Source: an uncultured Verrucomicrobiae bacterium (GTDB taxonomy: Bacteria; Verrucomicrobiota; Verrucomicrobiia; Limisphaerales; Palsa-1400). Taken from it: DNA of 64,000 nucleotides. Of the stretch, positions 30,468 through 40,022 are shown one piece after another. Each line of letters opens with the position of its first letter. The first letter of the stretch is position 1. The translations under genes were made by a program, and so were the position numbers. Location: assembly GCA_963764165.1 (NCBI GenBank), contig CAVXRD010000002.1, positions 192,001 to 256,000 of the forward strand, written 5' to 3'. The notes beneath the pieces were generated by a model. That model was not told the origin of the DNA, ran no database searches, and saw only the letters and a program-made list of their open reading frames with translations.

Positions 30468-30610
30468 GCGAGGCGTCCCTACCAATCAACGAGCTGGGCG
30501 CTCGTTGATTTTCAATGGATTACGAGAATTAAGATGCGTCTGCCCTGTACCGGGCCATTGTCCCCTTTGCTCACTTCCTTTCCCTCTGTTAAACCGGCAC
30601 GGATTGTTCG

Positions 30611-30692
30611 GCCGCAGATTCACGCAGATGAACGCAGATTTGCTGATGATGCGCCGCTTTCTTCATCTGGTTCATCTGTGCCCATCTGTGGC
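30611..30692. repeat. Inverted pair of CAGAT-decamer arms
   Basis: gccgcagattcacgcagatgaacgcagat ... atctggttcatctgtgcccatctgtggc. Confidence 0.8.
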
Positions 30693-30841
30693 CAAATCCG
30701 GCAGTGAACTTCGCCGGGAGCTTCGTTTGAGCTTGATTTGGCGCGCGGGATTTGGGATTTATCAAGCGTCTGAAACCACGCTCAGACGAAACCAAACGAC
30801 CGCGTCTCATTCTAAATTGGAAGCAATTGAAAGGCCCAGCT

Positions 30842-31762
30842 ATGAAGACAAGAGATCCAGGCGCAATCCCCGCCCGTGGCATGCCCAGCGGAGCCTTCAC
30901 ACTGATCGAATTGCTGGTGGTTGTCGCGATCATCGCCATCCTGGCGGCGCTGCTGCTGCCGGCCTTGAGCAAATCCAAATCCACCGCCCAGGGGATTGTG
31001 TGCATGAGCAATTTGCGTCAATTAACGATGGGCTGGGTTCAGTATGACCACGACAACAAGGACGTGGTTCCGTGGTCCGACCCGGTAAATCCTCAGGTTC
31101 CGGGTCCCACAGACGGTTACGCCTGGGTGGCGGGGTGGCTCGATTACACTGCCGCCAACACCTGCAATTGGGACATTACTGTCAATATTATGAAGAGTCC
31201 GTTATGGCCGTATAGCGGCAAGTCCGCCGGGATCTGGAGATGCCCGGGGGATACTTCGACGGTGGTGCCTTCGTCCGGCCCCTACATGGGGCAACGAGCG
31301 CCGCGGGTGCGGAGCTTCACAATGTCAGTGTGGTTTGGGGGCTTTGGCGGGACGCTGGATCCGCCTGGCGGCGGGCCGGGGGTGGAAAACCCGCCCTGGC
31401 GGCTTTACCACAAGCTGGCCGACTTGGTTGCTCCAGGCCCCTCCCAGACCGTGTTGCTTTGGGACGAGCGGGAGGACACGATCAACAGCGGGAATTTCTA
31501 TATTGACATGAGTGGTTTCCCAGACAGCCCAAATCAGACGCAGTTCAACTGGGATTTTCCCGCCAGTTATCATGCCGGCGCGGGCGGCCTTTCTTTCGCG
31601 GATGGACACGCGGAAATCAAACGCTGGCTCGACTACCGAACCACCCCTCCCCTGCATAGCGGCGACATGACGGGAGCGGGCATGACGGACGTGATCCCAT
31701 CCCCGCGCAATCCAGACATTATCTGGCTGCAGAATCGGGCCACGCGCCTCATAGAACCGTGA
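30842..31762 (+). CDS. Prepilin-type N-terminal cleavage/methylation protein with H-X9-DG motif (PVC-expanded family)
   Basis: [54 protein letters not shown]. Confidence 0.92.
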   Translation: MKTRDPGAIPARGMPSGAFTLIELLVVVAIIAILAALLLPALSKSKSTAQGIVCMSNLRQLTMGWVQYDHDNKDVVPWSDPVNPQVPGPTDGYAWVAGWLDYTAANTCNWDITVNIMKSPLWPYSGKSAGIWRCPGDTSTVVPSSGPYMGQRAPRVRSFTMSVWFGGFGGTLDPPGGGPGVENPPWRLYHKLADLVAPGPSQTVLLWDEREDTINSGNFYIDMSGFPDSPNQTQFNWDFPASYHAGAGGLSFADGHAEIKRWLDYRTTPPLHSGDMTGAGMTDVIPSPRNPDIIWLQNRATRLIEP

Positions 31763-31784
31763 GTGTGGTCCGCCGGTTTGATTA

Positions 31785-31920
31785 GCCGCAGATGGACGCG
31801 GATCAACGCAGATAAGAAAGGGCCGGAACGAATTCAGTCACGCATAGAATTGTGAAGACGCAGTGGTTTTGAACGAACAGTTTCCCAGAAAATCTGCCTT
31901 GATCTGCGTTCATCTGAGGC
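31785..31920. repeat. Inverted pair of CAGAT-decamer arms
   Basis: gccgcagatggacgcggatcaacgcagat (31785-31813) and atctgccttgatctgcgttcatctgaggc (31892-31920). Confidence 0.8.
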
Positions 31921-32067
31921 CAATTTCCCAGGCCCTCGGTGCCATCGCCTGCCCTTCTGTCATGTAAACCCTTATTGACGAAACAAGTCTTGATGATACG
32001 ATGATACGCAATCGGTTCCCCGATCAATCTTGGACACGCAATGCCATGAAAGGGAAAGGACAGTTTT

Positions 32068-33657
32068 GTGGATCCGTTGGATTCTACAGCGGGCGTCCGA
32101 TGCGAAAATCGAGCCATTCGCATCCTGCACCTCGAAGACGCGCCCCTTGATGCTGAACTCATCAACACCATCTTGAGAAGCGACGGGTTGCGGTGCGATA
32201 TAATTGTCGCGCCGGGCAAACCCGAATTCGAACTGGCGCTGAGCCAGCAGCGCTTTGACTTGATCCTCTGCGATCACGGCTTGCCGAATTACGACGGGTT
32301 CGCCGCGTTGAAACTGGCGCGGGAGGTGCAGCCTGCCACGCCCGTCATCATGCTTTCAGGTTTGCTTGACGACTATCAAGCCGTCGAAAGCCTCAAGGCT
32401 GGGGCCACCGATTACATCCTCAAGCAGCGCCTGGCCCGGCTCGTCCCCGCCATCGAGCGCGCCTTGCGCGATTCCCGCCAGCGCTCCGAAAAAAAACAGC
32501 TCGAAGCCGCGCTGGTCCGGGCGCAGCGCATGGACAGCATTGGCGCCCTGGCGGGAGGCATCGCCCACGATTTGAATAACGCGCTGGCGCCGGTTCTGAT
32601 GAGCGTCGAGCAGCTCAAGAGCTGCCCCGACGCAATCGGCAAGGAACGCTATCTCGAAATCATCGCCGCCAGCACGCGAAGAGCCACCGCGATGGTGCGG
32701 CAGATTCTCCGCTTCGCCCTCGGCCAAGGGCGGATTGGCCCGTTGGAAGTGACCTCCCTTGTGCAGGAAATGGCCAAGATCATCGAGGACACATTTCCCA
32801 AATCCATTTCCATATTTGTCGAGGCGGGTGGCCAGGACATTTGGAAAATCCGGGGGGATGCGACTGAAATTCACCAGGTGCTTTTGAACCTCTGCGTCAA
32901 CGCGCGCGACGCGATGACCGGAGGGGGCATTCTCATGATCTCGGCCCAAAACGTCGAACTGGACGAAGCGGCGGCCGCGAAATTGGGCACCCTGCCCGGA
33001 CCGTACGTGAGGCTGTCGGTGGGCGACACCGGCTGCGGAATCCGCCCTGAGATTTTGCCCCGGATTTTCGAGCCGTTCTTCACCACCAAGGATCCGGAAA
33101 AAGGAACGGGGCTTGGCTTGTCCACCGTGTCAGCCATTGTCAAGAACCATGGAGGCTGCATTGATGTCAAAACCGCGCCGGGCGAGGGCTCGGAATTCCG
33201 CGTCTACCTGCCGGCAACGGAACCCGCTGAGCCGGGAGAAGCCAGCCCGCCCCGCGAACAGCCGCTGCCGGTTGGCAACGGGGAGTTGATTCTTGTCGTC
33301 GAGGATGAGGAAGCCGTGCGCGAATTAATAAAGACAACGCTGGAGAATTTCGGCTACCGCGTCCTCACGGCGCAAAACGGCGTGCAAGGCATCTCGCGAT
33401 TCGAGCAGCGGAAGGACGAAATCAAAGTCCTCGTGACGGACACCGACATGCCTTTCATGGACGGAATGCAAGTGATCCAGGCAATCAAAACGATGAAGCC
33501 GGATTTGCCAGTCATCGTGGCCAGCGGATCCCGGGCAGCGTCAAAAGATTCTGAAAAATCGATCACCGAATCCATCGTGAGCCTGGGCAAACCGTTCAGC
33601 GCCGAGCAGCTCATTTTCGCCGTCGGCTTCGCAGTCCAAAATCTTGTCAATGACTAA
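32068..33657 (+). CDS. Cytoplasmic hybrid kinase REC-HisKA-HATPase-REC
   Basis: IRILHLED..DAEL, GGIAHDLNN, NLCVNARDAM, FFTTKDPEKGTGLGL, LVVEDE. Confidence 0.92.
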   Translation: MDPLDSTAGVRCENRAIRILHLEDAPLDAELINTILRSDGLRCDIIVAPGKPEFELALSQQRFDLILCDHGLPNYDGFAALKLAREVQPATPVIMLSGLLDDYQAVESLKAGATDYILKQRLARLVPAIERALRDSRQRSEKKQLEAALVRAQRMDSIGALAGGIAHDLNNALAPVLMSVEQLKSCPDAIGKERYLEIIAASTRRATAMVRQILRFALGQGRIGPLEVTSLVQEMAKIIEDTFPKSISIFVEAGGQDIWKIRGDATEIHQVLLNLCVNARDAMTGGGILMISAQNVELDEAAAAKLGTLPGPYVRLSVGDTGCGIRPEILPRIFEPFFTTKDPEKGTGLGLSTVSAIVKNHGGCIDVKTAPGEGSEFRVYLPATEPAEPGEASPPREQPLPVGNGELILVVEDEEAVRELIKTTLENFGYRVLTAQNGVQGISRFEQRKDEIKVLVTDTDMPFMDGMQVIQAIKTMKPDLPVIVASGSRAASKDSEKSITESIVSLGKPFSAEQLIFAVGFAVQNLVND

Positions 33658-33715
33658 CCCCGGAATCGAAGTCAAACATACTTTTTCAAGGCGTCGAAGG
33701 ATGAGTTCCTTTCCG

Positions 33716-33858
33716 CTTTTGCGTCTTTGCGCCCTTGTGCCAAAACCAGCCCTTCGCGGCGACCGGAAACGAAATTATCGGAATCATTGTCGACAGCGCT
33801 GGATGGTGAAGGAAGGGGAAATTTTAGCGCAAGCGCGCAAAGACGCAAAGGCGCGAAG
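33716..33858. repeat. Inverted pair of CGCAAAGA/G octamer tandem arms
   Basis: cttttgcgtctttgcgcccttgtgccaaaa versus ttttagcgcaagcgcgcaaagacgcaaagg. Confidence 0.75.
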
Positions 33859-33876
33859 ATTTGGCCGGGCAACATC

Positions 33877-34461
33877 ATGAAATGGATGCGCCTCTTTTTG
33901 CCGGGGGCCGGGAGGTTTGTGGCCCGGTGCGTGTTGGCGGCATTATTCTGGGTCATTTCAAGCGGGGAGCTTCGCGCGGAAACCCGCGAATACCAAATCA
34001 AGGCCGCGTTCCTCATCAATTTCATCCAGTTTGTCACCTGGCCCACGAATGCGTTTCCCAGCGATGAGGCTCCCTTCCGGATTGGAATCCTCGGCGCCGA
34101 TCCGTTCGGGCCGGCGCTGGACCGCGCGGCCCAAACCATCCAGGCGCGCCATCGTAGGATCGAAGTTTTTCACTGCCGGAAGGTCGATGAGTGCAAAGAT
34201 TGCCAGATGGTATTCGTCTCCAAATCGGAGGAGAAGAGCCAGCTCCAAATCCTGTCCGCGCTCAGCGCCATGCCAGTCCTGAAGGTCAGCGAGCAGCGCG
34301 AATTCGCCCAGCACGGCGGCGACATCAATTTCTACCTCGAAGACAACAAGGTTCGTTTCGAAATCAATCCCGCCTCCGCCCATCGAGAAAAGCTGAAAAT
34401 CAGCTCGCAACTGTTAAGCTTGGGGAAACTTGTCGGCCCCCCGGGAGGGCCCATTAGATGA
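33877..34461 (+). CDS. YfiR/DUF4154-family periplasmic protein
   Basis: EYQIKAAFLINFIQFVTWP, IGILGADPFG, VRFEIN, LKISSQLLSL. Confidence 0.9.
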   Translation: MKWMRLFLPGAGRFVARCVLAALFWVISSGELRAETREYQIKAAFLINFIQFVTWPTNAFPSDEAPFRIGILGADPFGPALDRAAQTIQARHRRIEVFHCRKVDECKDCQMVFVSKSEEKSQLQILSALSAMPVLKVSEQREFAQHGGDINFYLEDNKVRFEINPASAHREKLKISSQLLSLGKLVGPPGGPIR

Positions 34462-37343
34462 CGTGGCTTGGCCAGCAACCCATTAAGCGCAAACTCGGAC
34501 TGGTGGTCGTCATCAGCTGCCTGGCGGTGCTGGTGCCGATGTGCGTGGCACTCGCCTTTTATCAGGTGCATGATTTTCGGAGCAGGCTCGAGCGCGACAC
34601 CACGGTTTTGGCGGATGTGGTGGCGCGAAATTCCGAAGCCTCGCTGACCTTTGAAGATGTCGGCAGCGCGCAAAAAACCCTCCAGGCCATTGACGCTGAA
34701 TCGTTTCTGGGCGGGGCGCAGCTTTACGATGTGCGCGGCGAACCCTTCGCCCTGTACATCCGCCCGGGCGCAAATCTCCAATTTCCCGAGCACGCGCCGC
34801 CGCCGGGTTCGGAATTCGGGCCCGCATGGCTGGTTGTGGCGCGCCCGGTGGAATTCCAGGGAAAATTCATCGGCACCATCTGCCTTCAGGCGAGCTTGCA
34901 GGGCATTCGTGATCGCTTGCGCTGGTCGGCGGAGATCGGTTTTCCGGTGTTGCTGGCCTGCGTGCTGGGAGCGCTTTTTGTCTCGCTTCGCTTGCAGCAC
35001 TCGATCACCGATCCCATTCTCGCGCTGGCCCAAACAGCCAAGAGCGTGGCCGAGAAGCGCGATTACACCGTCCGCGCCGTGCCGCAAGGCCCGCAGGAAA
35101 TCGGCGTGCTGACCGATGCGTTTAACTTGATGCTCAAACAGATTCAGGAGCAAAACCAGGATCTCAATTACGAGCGCGATTTGCTCGCGACGCTGATGGA
35201 GAATCTGCCGGACTCGATCTACTTCAAGGATCCGCAGTCCCGCTACCGCCACGTGAGCCGCTCCAAGATGGAAAGCGCGTTCGCTGTATGCCTGGCGCGC
35301 TACCACGCCACCCACGCCGAGGGCGGCGGCACACCGCTGCCCGAACACTTGACAAGCCTCGACAAGTTCGCCCGCTACCTCGAAAACAAGAGCGACGCCG
35401 ATTTCTTCAACGAGGAGGACGCGCGCTTTAATCTTGAAGAGGAGCAGGAAATCATCCGCACGGGCATGCCTGTGATTGGAAAAATCGAGCGCGCCCGCCT
35501 GCTGGACGGGCGCCTGGCGTGGTTCATGAGCGCCAAAATGCCGTGGCGCGATCGCAATGGAAAAATCATCGGCACCTTCGGCTCCTCCAAAAACATCACC
35601 GCCATCAAGGAAACCGAGCAGCGGCTCCAAACGCAGCTCGAGCGCTTGAGGCTGCTGGATCAAATCACCCGTTCCATCGGCGAACGCCAGGATCTCCCCT
35701 CTATTTTCCATTCCGTCCTGAGGCGGCTGGAGGATCAAATGCCAGTGGATTTCGCCTGCGTCTGCAATCACAGCCCCAGCGCCGAACATCTCGCGGTGAC
35801 CAGTGTCGGAGCGAAAAGCGTCTCCATCTCGCATTCAATGGGAATTCCGGAAAACGCAAAAATCCCCGTCCATCAAGACGGCTTTTCGCGATGTTTGAAG
35901 GGCTATATCGTTTACGAGCCCAACACTTCCAAATTGGGTTTTCCGTTTACAAAAGCGCTGTCCTCGGCGGGATTGCATTCGGTGGTGCTGGCGCCATTGC
36001 AAGTGGAAAGCCAGATTTTCGGCATCCTCGTCGCCGCCCGCCGGGAGGTCGAGGGGTTTTCCAGCGCCGATTGCGAGTTCCTCAAGCAATTAAGCGAACA
36101 CGTTGCGCTCGCCTCGCATCAATCCCAGCTTTACACCGCCCTGCAAAACGCCTTTGACGAACTGCGCCAGACCCAGCAGGCCGTCATGCAGCAGGAGCGC
36201 CTGCGCGCCCTGGGGGAGATGGCCAGCGGCATTGCCCACGATATCAACAACGCCATCGCGCCGGTGTCCCTCTACACTGAATCGCTGCTGGAGACGGAGC
36301 CGAATTTGAGCGAGCGCGCCCGTTCCTATTTGGAGACCATCCAGCGCTCGATTGACGACGTCGCCCACACGGTCTCGCGCATGAAGGAGTTTTACCGCCA
36401 GCGCGAACCGCAATTGACCTTTGCGCCCGCAAACGTCAACTTAATGGTGGAACAAGTCGTTGATATCTCGCGCGCCCGCTGGAGTGACATTCCCCAGCAG
36501 CGCGGGAAAGTCATCAAGCTGACAACAAAACTGGAAGCGGACCTGCCTCCTGTCATGGGTGTGGAAAGCGAAATTCGTGAGGCGCTGGTGAATTTGATTT
36601 TCAACGCGACGGACGCAATGCCCGAAGGCGGCGCGCTGCGGCTTCGCACGCGGCTTGGCACGGACAAAACCGGCCGGGAATCGGTCATCGTTGAAGTCAC
36701 CGACACCGGAATTGGTATGGACGAAGAAACTCGCCGCCGCTGCCTGGAACCGTTTTTCACCACCAAAGGCGAACGCGGAACCGGACTTGGACTGGCCATG
36801 GTTTACGGCATCGTCCGCCGCCACGGCGGCGAAATCGAAATCGATTCCGAACTCGGCTGCGGCGCCACCTTCCGGCTCTTCCTGCCCGCGGGCTCGCACT
36901 CGACCGAAGAGCCGCCGGCCGTGGCCCCAACCGCCGCCCCGCCCCGCCAGGTCGTTTTGGTGGTCGACGACGACCCGGTGCTGATTCGTTCGCTGCGGGA
37001 TATTTTGGAGAATGACGGCCACGATGTCACATGCGCCGGCAGCGGCCAGGAGGGCATCAAGCTCTTCCGCGTTTCGCTGGAAAAACAGAAGCCTTTCGCC
37101 ATCGTCTTCACTGACCTTGGCATGCCGGGCGTGGACGGGCGGCAAGTCGCCGCCGCCATCAAAGCCCTTTCGCCCCACACACCGGTCATCATGCTAACCG
37201 GCTGGGGCGAGCGCATGGTGGAGGAAGGGGAAGTTCCGGCCGATGTCAACCAGATCCTGAGCAAACCGCCAAAGCTGCGCGATTTGCGGCAGGCGATGAA
37301 CAAATGCCTGGCTCCGCAAACCACGGGAGGCGCCCTTGCCTGA
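34458..37343 (+). CDS. Membrane hybrid histidine kinase (periplasmic sensor-HAMP-PAS-GAF-HisKA-HATPase-REC)
   Basis: EIGVLTDAFNLML, LPDSIYFKD, GAF segment, GIAHDINN, FFTTKGERGTGLGL, TDLGMP. Confidence 0.92.
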   Translation: MTWLGQQPIKRKLGLVVVISCLAVLVPMCVALAFYQVHDFRSRLERDTTVLADVVARNSEASLTFEDVGSAQKTLQAIDAESFLGGAQLYDVRGEPFALYIRPGANLQFPEHAPPPGSEFGPAWLVVARPVEFQGKFIGTICLQASLQGIRDRLRWSAEIGFPVLLACVLGALFVSLRLQHSITDPILALAQTAKSVAEKRDYTVRAVPQGPQEIGVLTDAFNLMLKQIQEQNQDLNYERDLLATLMENLPDSIYFKDPQSRYRHVSRSKMESAFAVCLARYHATHAEGGGTPLPEHLTSLDKFARYLENKSDADFFNEEDARFNLEEEQEIIRTGMPVIGKIERARLLDGRLAWFMSAKMPWRDRNGKIIGTFGSSKNITAIKETEQRLQTQLERLRLLDQITRSIGERQDLPSIFHSVLRRLEDQMPVDFACVCNHSPSAEHLAVTSVGAKSVSISHSMGIPENAKIPVHQDGFSRCLKGYIVYEPNTSKLGFPFTKALSSAGLHSVVLAPLQVESQIFGILVAARREVEGFSSADCEFLKQLSEHVALASHQSQLYTALQNAFDELRQTQQAVMQQERLRALGEMASGIAHDINNAIAPVSLYTESLLETEPNLSERARSYLETIQRSIDDVAHTVSRMKEFYRQREPQLTFAPANVNLMVEQVVDISRARWSDIPQQRGKVIKLTTKLEADLPPVMGVESEIREALVNLIFNATDAMPEGGALRLRTRLGTDKTGRESVIVEVTDTGIGMDEETRRRCLEPFFTTKGERGTGLGLAMVYGIVRRHGGEIEIDSELGCGATFRLFLPAGSHSTEEPPAVAPTAAPPRQVVLVVDDDPVLIRSLRDILENDGHDVTCAGSGQEGIKLFRVSLEKQKPFAIVFTDLGMPGVDGRQVAAAIKALSPHTPVIMLTGWGERMVEEGEVPADVNQILSKPPKLRDLRQAMNKCLAPQTTGGALA

Positions 37344-38490
37344 TTCAGGCTCCGCGAAAATAATCATCGTTGACGACGAGGCCGCCCATTTGAAGGCGCT
37401 ATGCGACATTTTGCAGCGCCACGGCTACGCGACGGAGGGATTCGCCGCGCCCGTCGCCGCCCTGGCGGCCATTGAGCGCGGACGTTATGCGCTGCTGCTG
37501 ACAGACTTGATGATGCCGGAAATGAACGGAATCGAGCTTTTGGAATCCGCCCGGCAGAAGGATCCCAATCTGGCCGCCATCATCATGACGGGCGAAGGCA
37601 CGATCGCCACAGCTGTCGAAGCGATGCAGTCCGGGGCGATGGATTACGTCCTGAAGCCGTTCAAGCTGAGCACGCTGCTGCCAATTTTGGAGCGCGCATT
37701 GTCGATGCGGTGGCTGCGGCTGCAAAACGCCGCGCTGGAGCAAAGCGTCCGCGAGCGCACGGCGGAATTGGAAATCGCCAACCATGAATTGGAGGCATTT
37801 TCCTATTCGGTTTCGCACGATCTTCGCGCGCCGCTGCGGCGCATTGACGGCTTCACCACCATTTTATCCCAGCGTTACGGCCCGGAATTGCCGCCGGACG
37901 CCGCGCGGCTGGTCGACATTGTCCTCAAGCAAACCCGCCTGATGGGAACGCTGATCGACGATTTGCTCCGCCTCTCGCGCCTCAGCCGGCAGCCGCTGGC
38001 GAAGCGGAAGATTTGCATGAAGGACCTCGCGCGCGAAATCGTGGATGACCTGCAGCGCGAAAATGCCGACCGGAAAGTAACCGTCCACATGGGCGAGCTG
38101 CCGGATTGCATGGGGGATGAAGGATTGGTGCGCCAGGTCGCGGTGAATCTATTGTCGAACGCTTTTAAGTTCACACGGCAGCGCCCTGACGCGCTGGTGG
38201 AAATCGACGGGCGGCTGTGCGGGCAGGAAGTGGTTTATTTCGTGCGTGACAATGGGGCGGGCTTTGACATGCAGCACGCCAAACGGCTTTTTGGCGTTTT
38301 CCAGCGACTGCACAGCAGCGAGCAATTTGAGGGAACAGGCGTTGGATTGTCGATTGTCCAGCGCATTGTCATGCGGCATGGCGGGCGCATCTGGGCGGAG
38401 GCTGCCATTAACCAGGGCGCCTCATTTTATTTTGCAATCCCCGTCTCCCCCGCGGCCCCTGCACCGCAGGCTCCATCCATGAAGAGTTAA
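37336..38490 (+). CDS. REC-HisKA-HATPase sensor kinase
   Basis: IIIVDDE, TDLMMP, FSYSVSHDLRAPLR, DNGAGFDM, FEGTGVGLS. Confidence 0.92.
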   Translation: MPDSGSAKIIIVDDEAAHLKALCDILQRHGYATEGFAAPVAALAAIERGRYALLLTDLMMPEMNGIELLESARQKDPNLAAIIMTGEGTIATAVEAMQSGAMDYVLKPFKLSTLLPILERALSMRWLRLQNAALEQSVRERTAELEIANHELEAFSYSVSHDLRAPLRRIDGFTTILSQRYGPELPPDAARLVDIVLKQTRLMGTLIDDLLRLSRLSRQPLAKRKICMKDLAREIVDDLQRENADRKVTVHMGELPDCMGDEGLVRQVAVNLLSNAFKFTRQRPDALVEIDGRLCGQEVVYFVRDNGAGFDMQHAKRLFGVFQRLHSSEQFEGTGVGLSIVQRIVMRHGGRIWAEAAINQGASFYFAIPVSPAAPAPQAPSMKS

Positions 38491-38573
38491 CAGAAGGAAA
38501 CAAAGGACACCAAGAAAGGCAACAGAAAGAGAACGATGGGCTTCCCCCCTTCGCTGCCTCGTTATTTTCAGTT
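38489..38573. repeat. AACAGAAGG purine-rich inverted arm pair overlapping a stop codon
   Basis: (t)aacagaaggaaacaaaggacaccaag ... cttcgctgcctcgttattttcagtt. Confidence 0.5.
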
Positions 38574-38643
38574 GAATCCAGATTTCAGATTTGTGGATTT
38601 TTGTCATTGCATTTGTTCCGGCGGGCCGTAACCTAAACAACTC

Positions 38644-38901
38644 GTGAATAGCGAATACATGAAGCAAGCCCTGGCCAAGGTCGGTAATGCAAACATCTTG
38701 GTGAATGTCATTTCCCGCCGCGTCCGGCAACTCACTTCCGGCGGCGGCAACAGCCGTCCGCTGGTGGACACCGCCGGCAATCTCGGAGCGGCGGACATCG
38801 CGCTGCTCGAATTGATCGAAGGCAAAATGGACTTTTTTGCCAACGCCGAAGGCGAAGAGGACGCCCAGCCCGCCGCCAAAAAACGCCGCGGCAGCCGCTA
38901 A
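38644..38901 (+). CDS. rpoZ: RNA polymerase omega subunit (short type)
   Basis: LVNVISRRVRQL and DIALLELIEGK; directly upstream of smpB. Confidence 0.75.
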   Translation: MNSEYMKQALAKVGNANILVNVISRRVRQLTSGGGNSRPLVDTAGNLGAADIALLELIEGKMDFFANAEGEEDAQPAAKKRRGSR

Positions 38902-38953
38902 TCCGGCCTCGCCCCCATTGCGGGAGGCGAAACTCGGCGGGCTAAAGTGTTTT

Positions 38954-39409
38954 ATGGCCGAAATTCTTCATAACGCCAAAGCCCGGCGCGATTACGAAAT
39001 TCTCGAAACCTACGAGGCAGGCATCGCTTTGCATGGCTCGGAAGTCAAGGCGCTGCGCGCAGGCAAGGCCCAAATCAGCGATGCTTTCGCGCGGGTGGAA
39101 AAACAGGAAGCCTGGCTCTATAACGCGCACATCGACGAATACGCCCAAGCCAACCGCTTCGGCCACTCGCCCAAGGCGCCCCGGAAACTGCTCCTGCACA
39201 AGTCCGAGATCCGCAAACTATTCGAACTTGCGTCCGTCAAAGGCAACTCCCTCATCCCGCTGTCGCTTTATTGGAAGAACGGAAAAGTGAAAGTCTCGAT
39301 AGGCGTCGGCAAAGGCAAAGTGGAATACGACAAGCGCCAGGACATCAAGCAGCGGGAATCCGACCGCGAGCTAAAACGCGCGCAGATGCACCAAATGAAA
39401 CGGAAGTAA
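38954..39409 (+). CDS. smpB: SsrA-binding protein
   Basis: NAKARRDYEILETYEAGIAL.GSEVKALR, RKLLLHK.EI, GKGKVEYDKR. Confidence 0.97.
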   Translation: MAEILHNAKARRDYEILETYEAGIALHGSEVKALRAGKAQISDAFARVEKQEAWLYNAHIDEYAQANRFGHSPKAPRKLLLHKSEIRKLFELASVKGNSLIPLSLYWKNGKVKVSIGVGKGKVEYDKRQDIKQRESDRELKRAQMHQMKRK

Positions 39410-39515
39410 GCGGCATCGGCTGGCCGTCCGATTAATTCTCTCACCAGTGGTGTGAGTTTTTCAATCAACACCCTGGCGTTCGCCAGAGCCGACGCATCTT
39501 TGCGCCTTGCCAGCC

Positions 39516-39794
39516 CTATTTGGCCGCGGGTTTGGCAGCGCCTTTGTCTTTGCTCCACGTGCGTCTTGGAGCCTTGGTGACGAGGCCCTTTTTGATAGCC
39601 TTGGCGGACACGCGGACATAGCGGACTTCGCCATCCACCACCGCTTTGACGCGCTGGAGATTGGGCAGGAAGCGCCGCTTGGTGATCGCGGTGACGTGCG
39701 TGCCGATGCCGCCCTTTTTCTTCGCCTTGCCACTGCGCCAAATATGGCTTCCCTTGATGGGGCCAACGCCTGTCAATTCACAAATTCGAGACAT
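39516..39794 (-). CDS. rpmB: 50S ribosomal protein L28
   Basis: MSRICELTG, TKRRFLPNLQ, VRVSAKAIK. Confidence 0.95.
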   Translation of the reverse strand: MSRICELTGVGPIKGSHIWRSGKAKKKGGIGTHVTAITKRRFLPNLQRVKAVVDGEVRYVRVSAKAIKKGLVTKAPRRTWSKDKGAAKPAAK

Positions 39795-40022
39795 AAATTT
39801 ATATCAAAATAGGGGCGGAACATAACCGATCCACCCGGGGATTCAAGCACAATCTCAAGGCAATTTTCAATCCGCCCGCGCAGTTGTGAGTTTGCCTCCT
39901 AATGGAATCAAGGCAAAGCCGGGCGCCGCATAGGAGCAACCCAACAACGAGGTCTGCCCCGATGTTATTGCCCGATGGAGGTAGAGGTTGGGTGCCTGCG
40001 CGCGCGCTTGGCGAAACCAATT

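Larger units (their letters stand above)
28695..30482. repeat. GTAG-tagged REP doublet whose right REP is interrupted by IS1182
   Basis: GTAG+ggacgcctcgccgaggcgtcc (28695-28719), 51-nt spacer, ggacgcctcggcg [IS] gcgaggcgtcc+CTAC. Confidence 0.9.
28669..30547. mobile_element. ISAs1-type MITE (~192 bp when empty) carrying a REPIN and IS1182
   Basis: Perfect 22-bp TIRs CAGGGCAGACGCATCTTAATTC (28669-28690; 30526-30547); perfect 10-bp TSD TACCGGGCCA (28659-28668; 30548-30557). Confidence 0.88.
28621..30590. repeat. AACAGA(A/G)GG purine-rich inverted arm pair enclosing the MITE
   Basis: aacagaaggtggcaagggaaacgaagg (28621-28647) versus reverse complement of 30564-30590 (aacagagggaaaggaagtgagcaaagg); related pair near 38489. 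Confidence 0.5.

Noticed and set aside
34332..35834. 500-aa antisense ORF, and similar ones such as 58955-60445
   Set aside because: Lie opposite well-supported genes; shadow ORFs.
38837..38953. N-terminal extensions in the ORF track (smpB, NodT 57216, YfiR 33727, prepilin 30752)
   Set aside because: They overlap neighbouring genes or repeats; downstream ATGs match the family N-termini.
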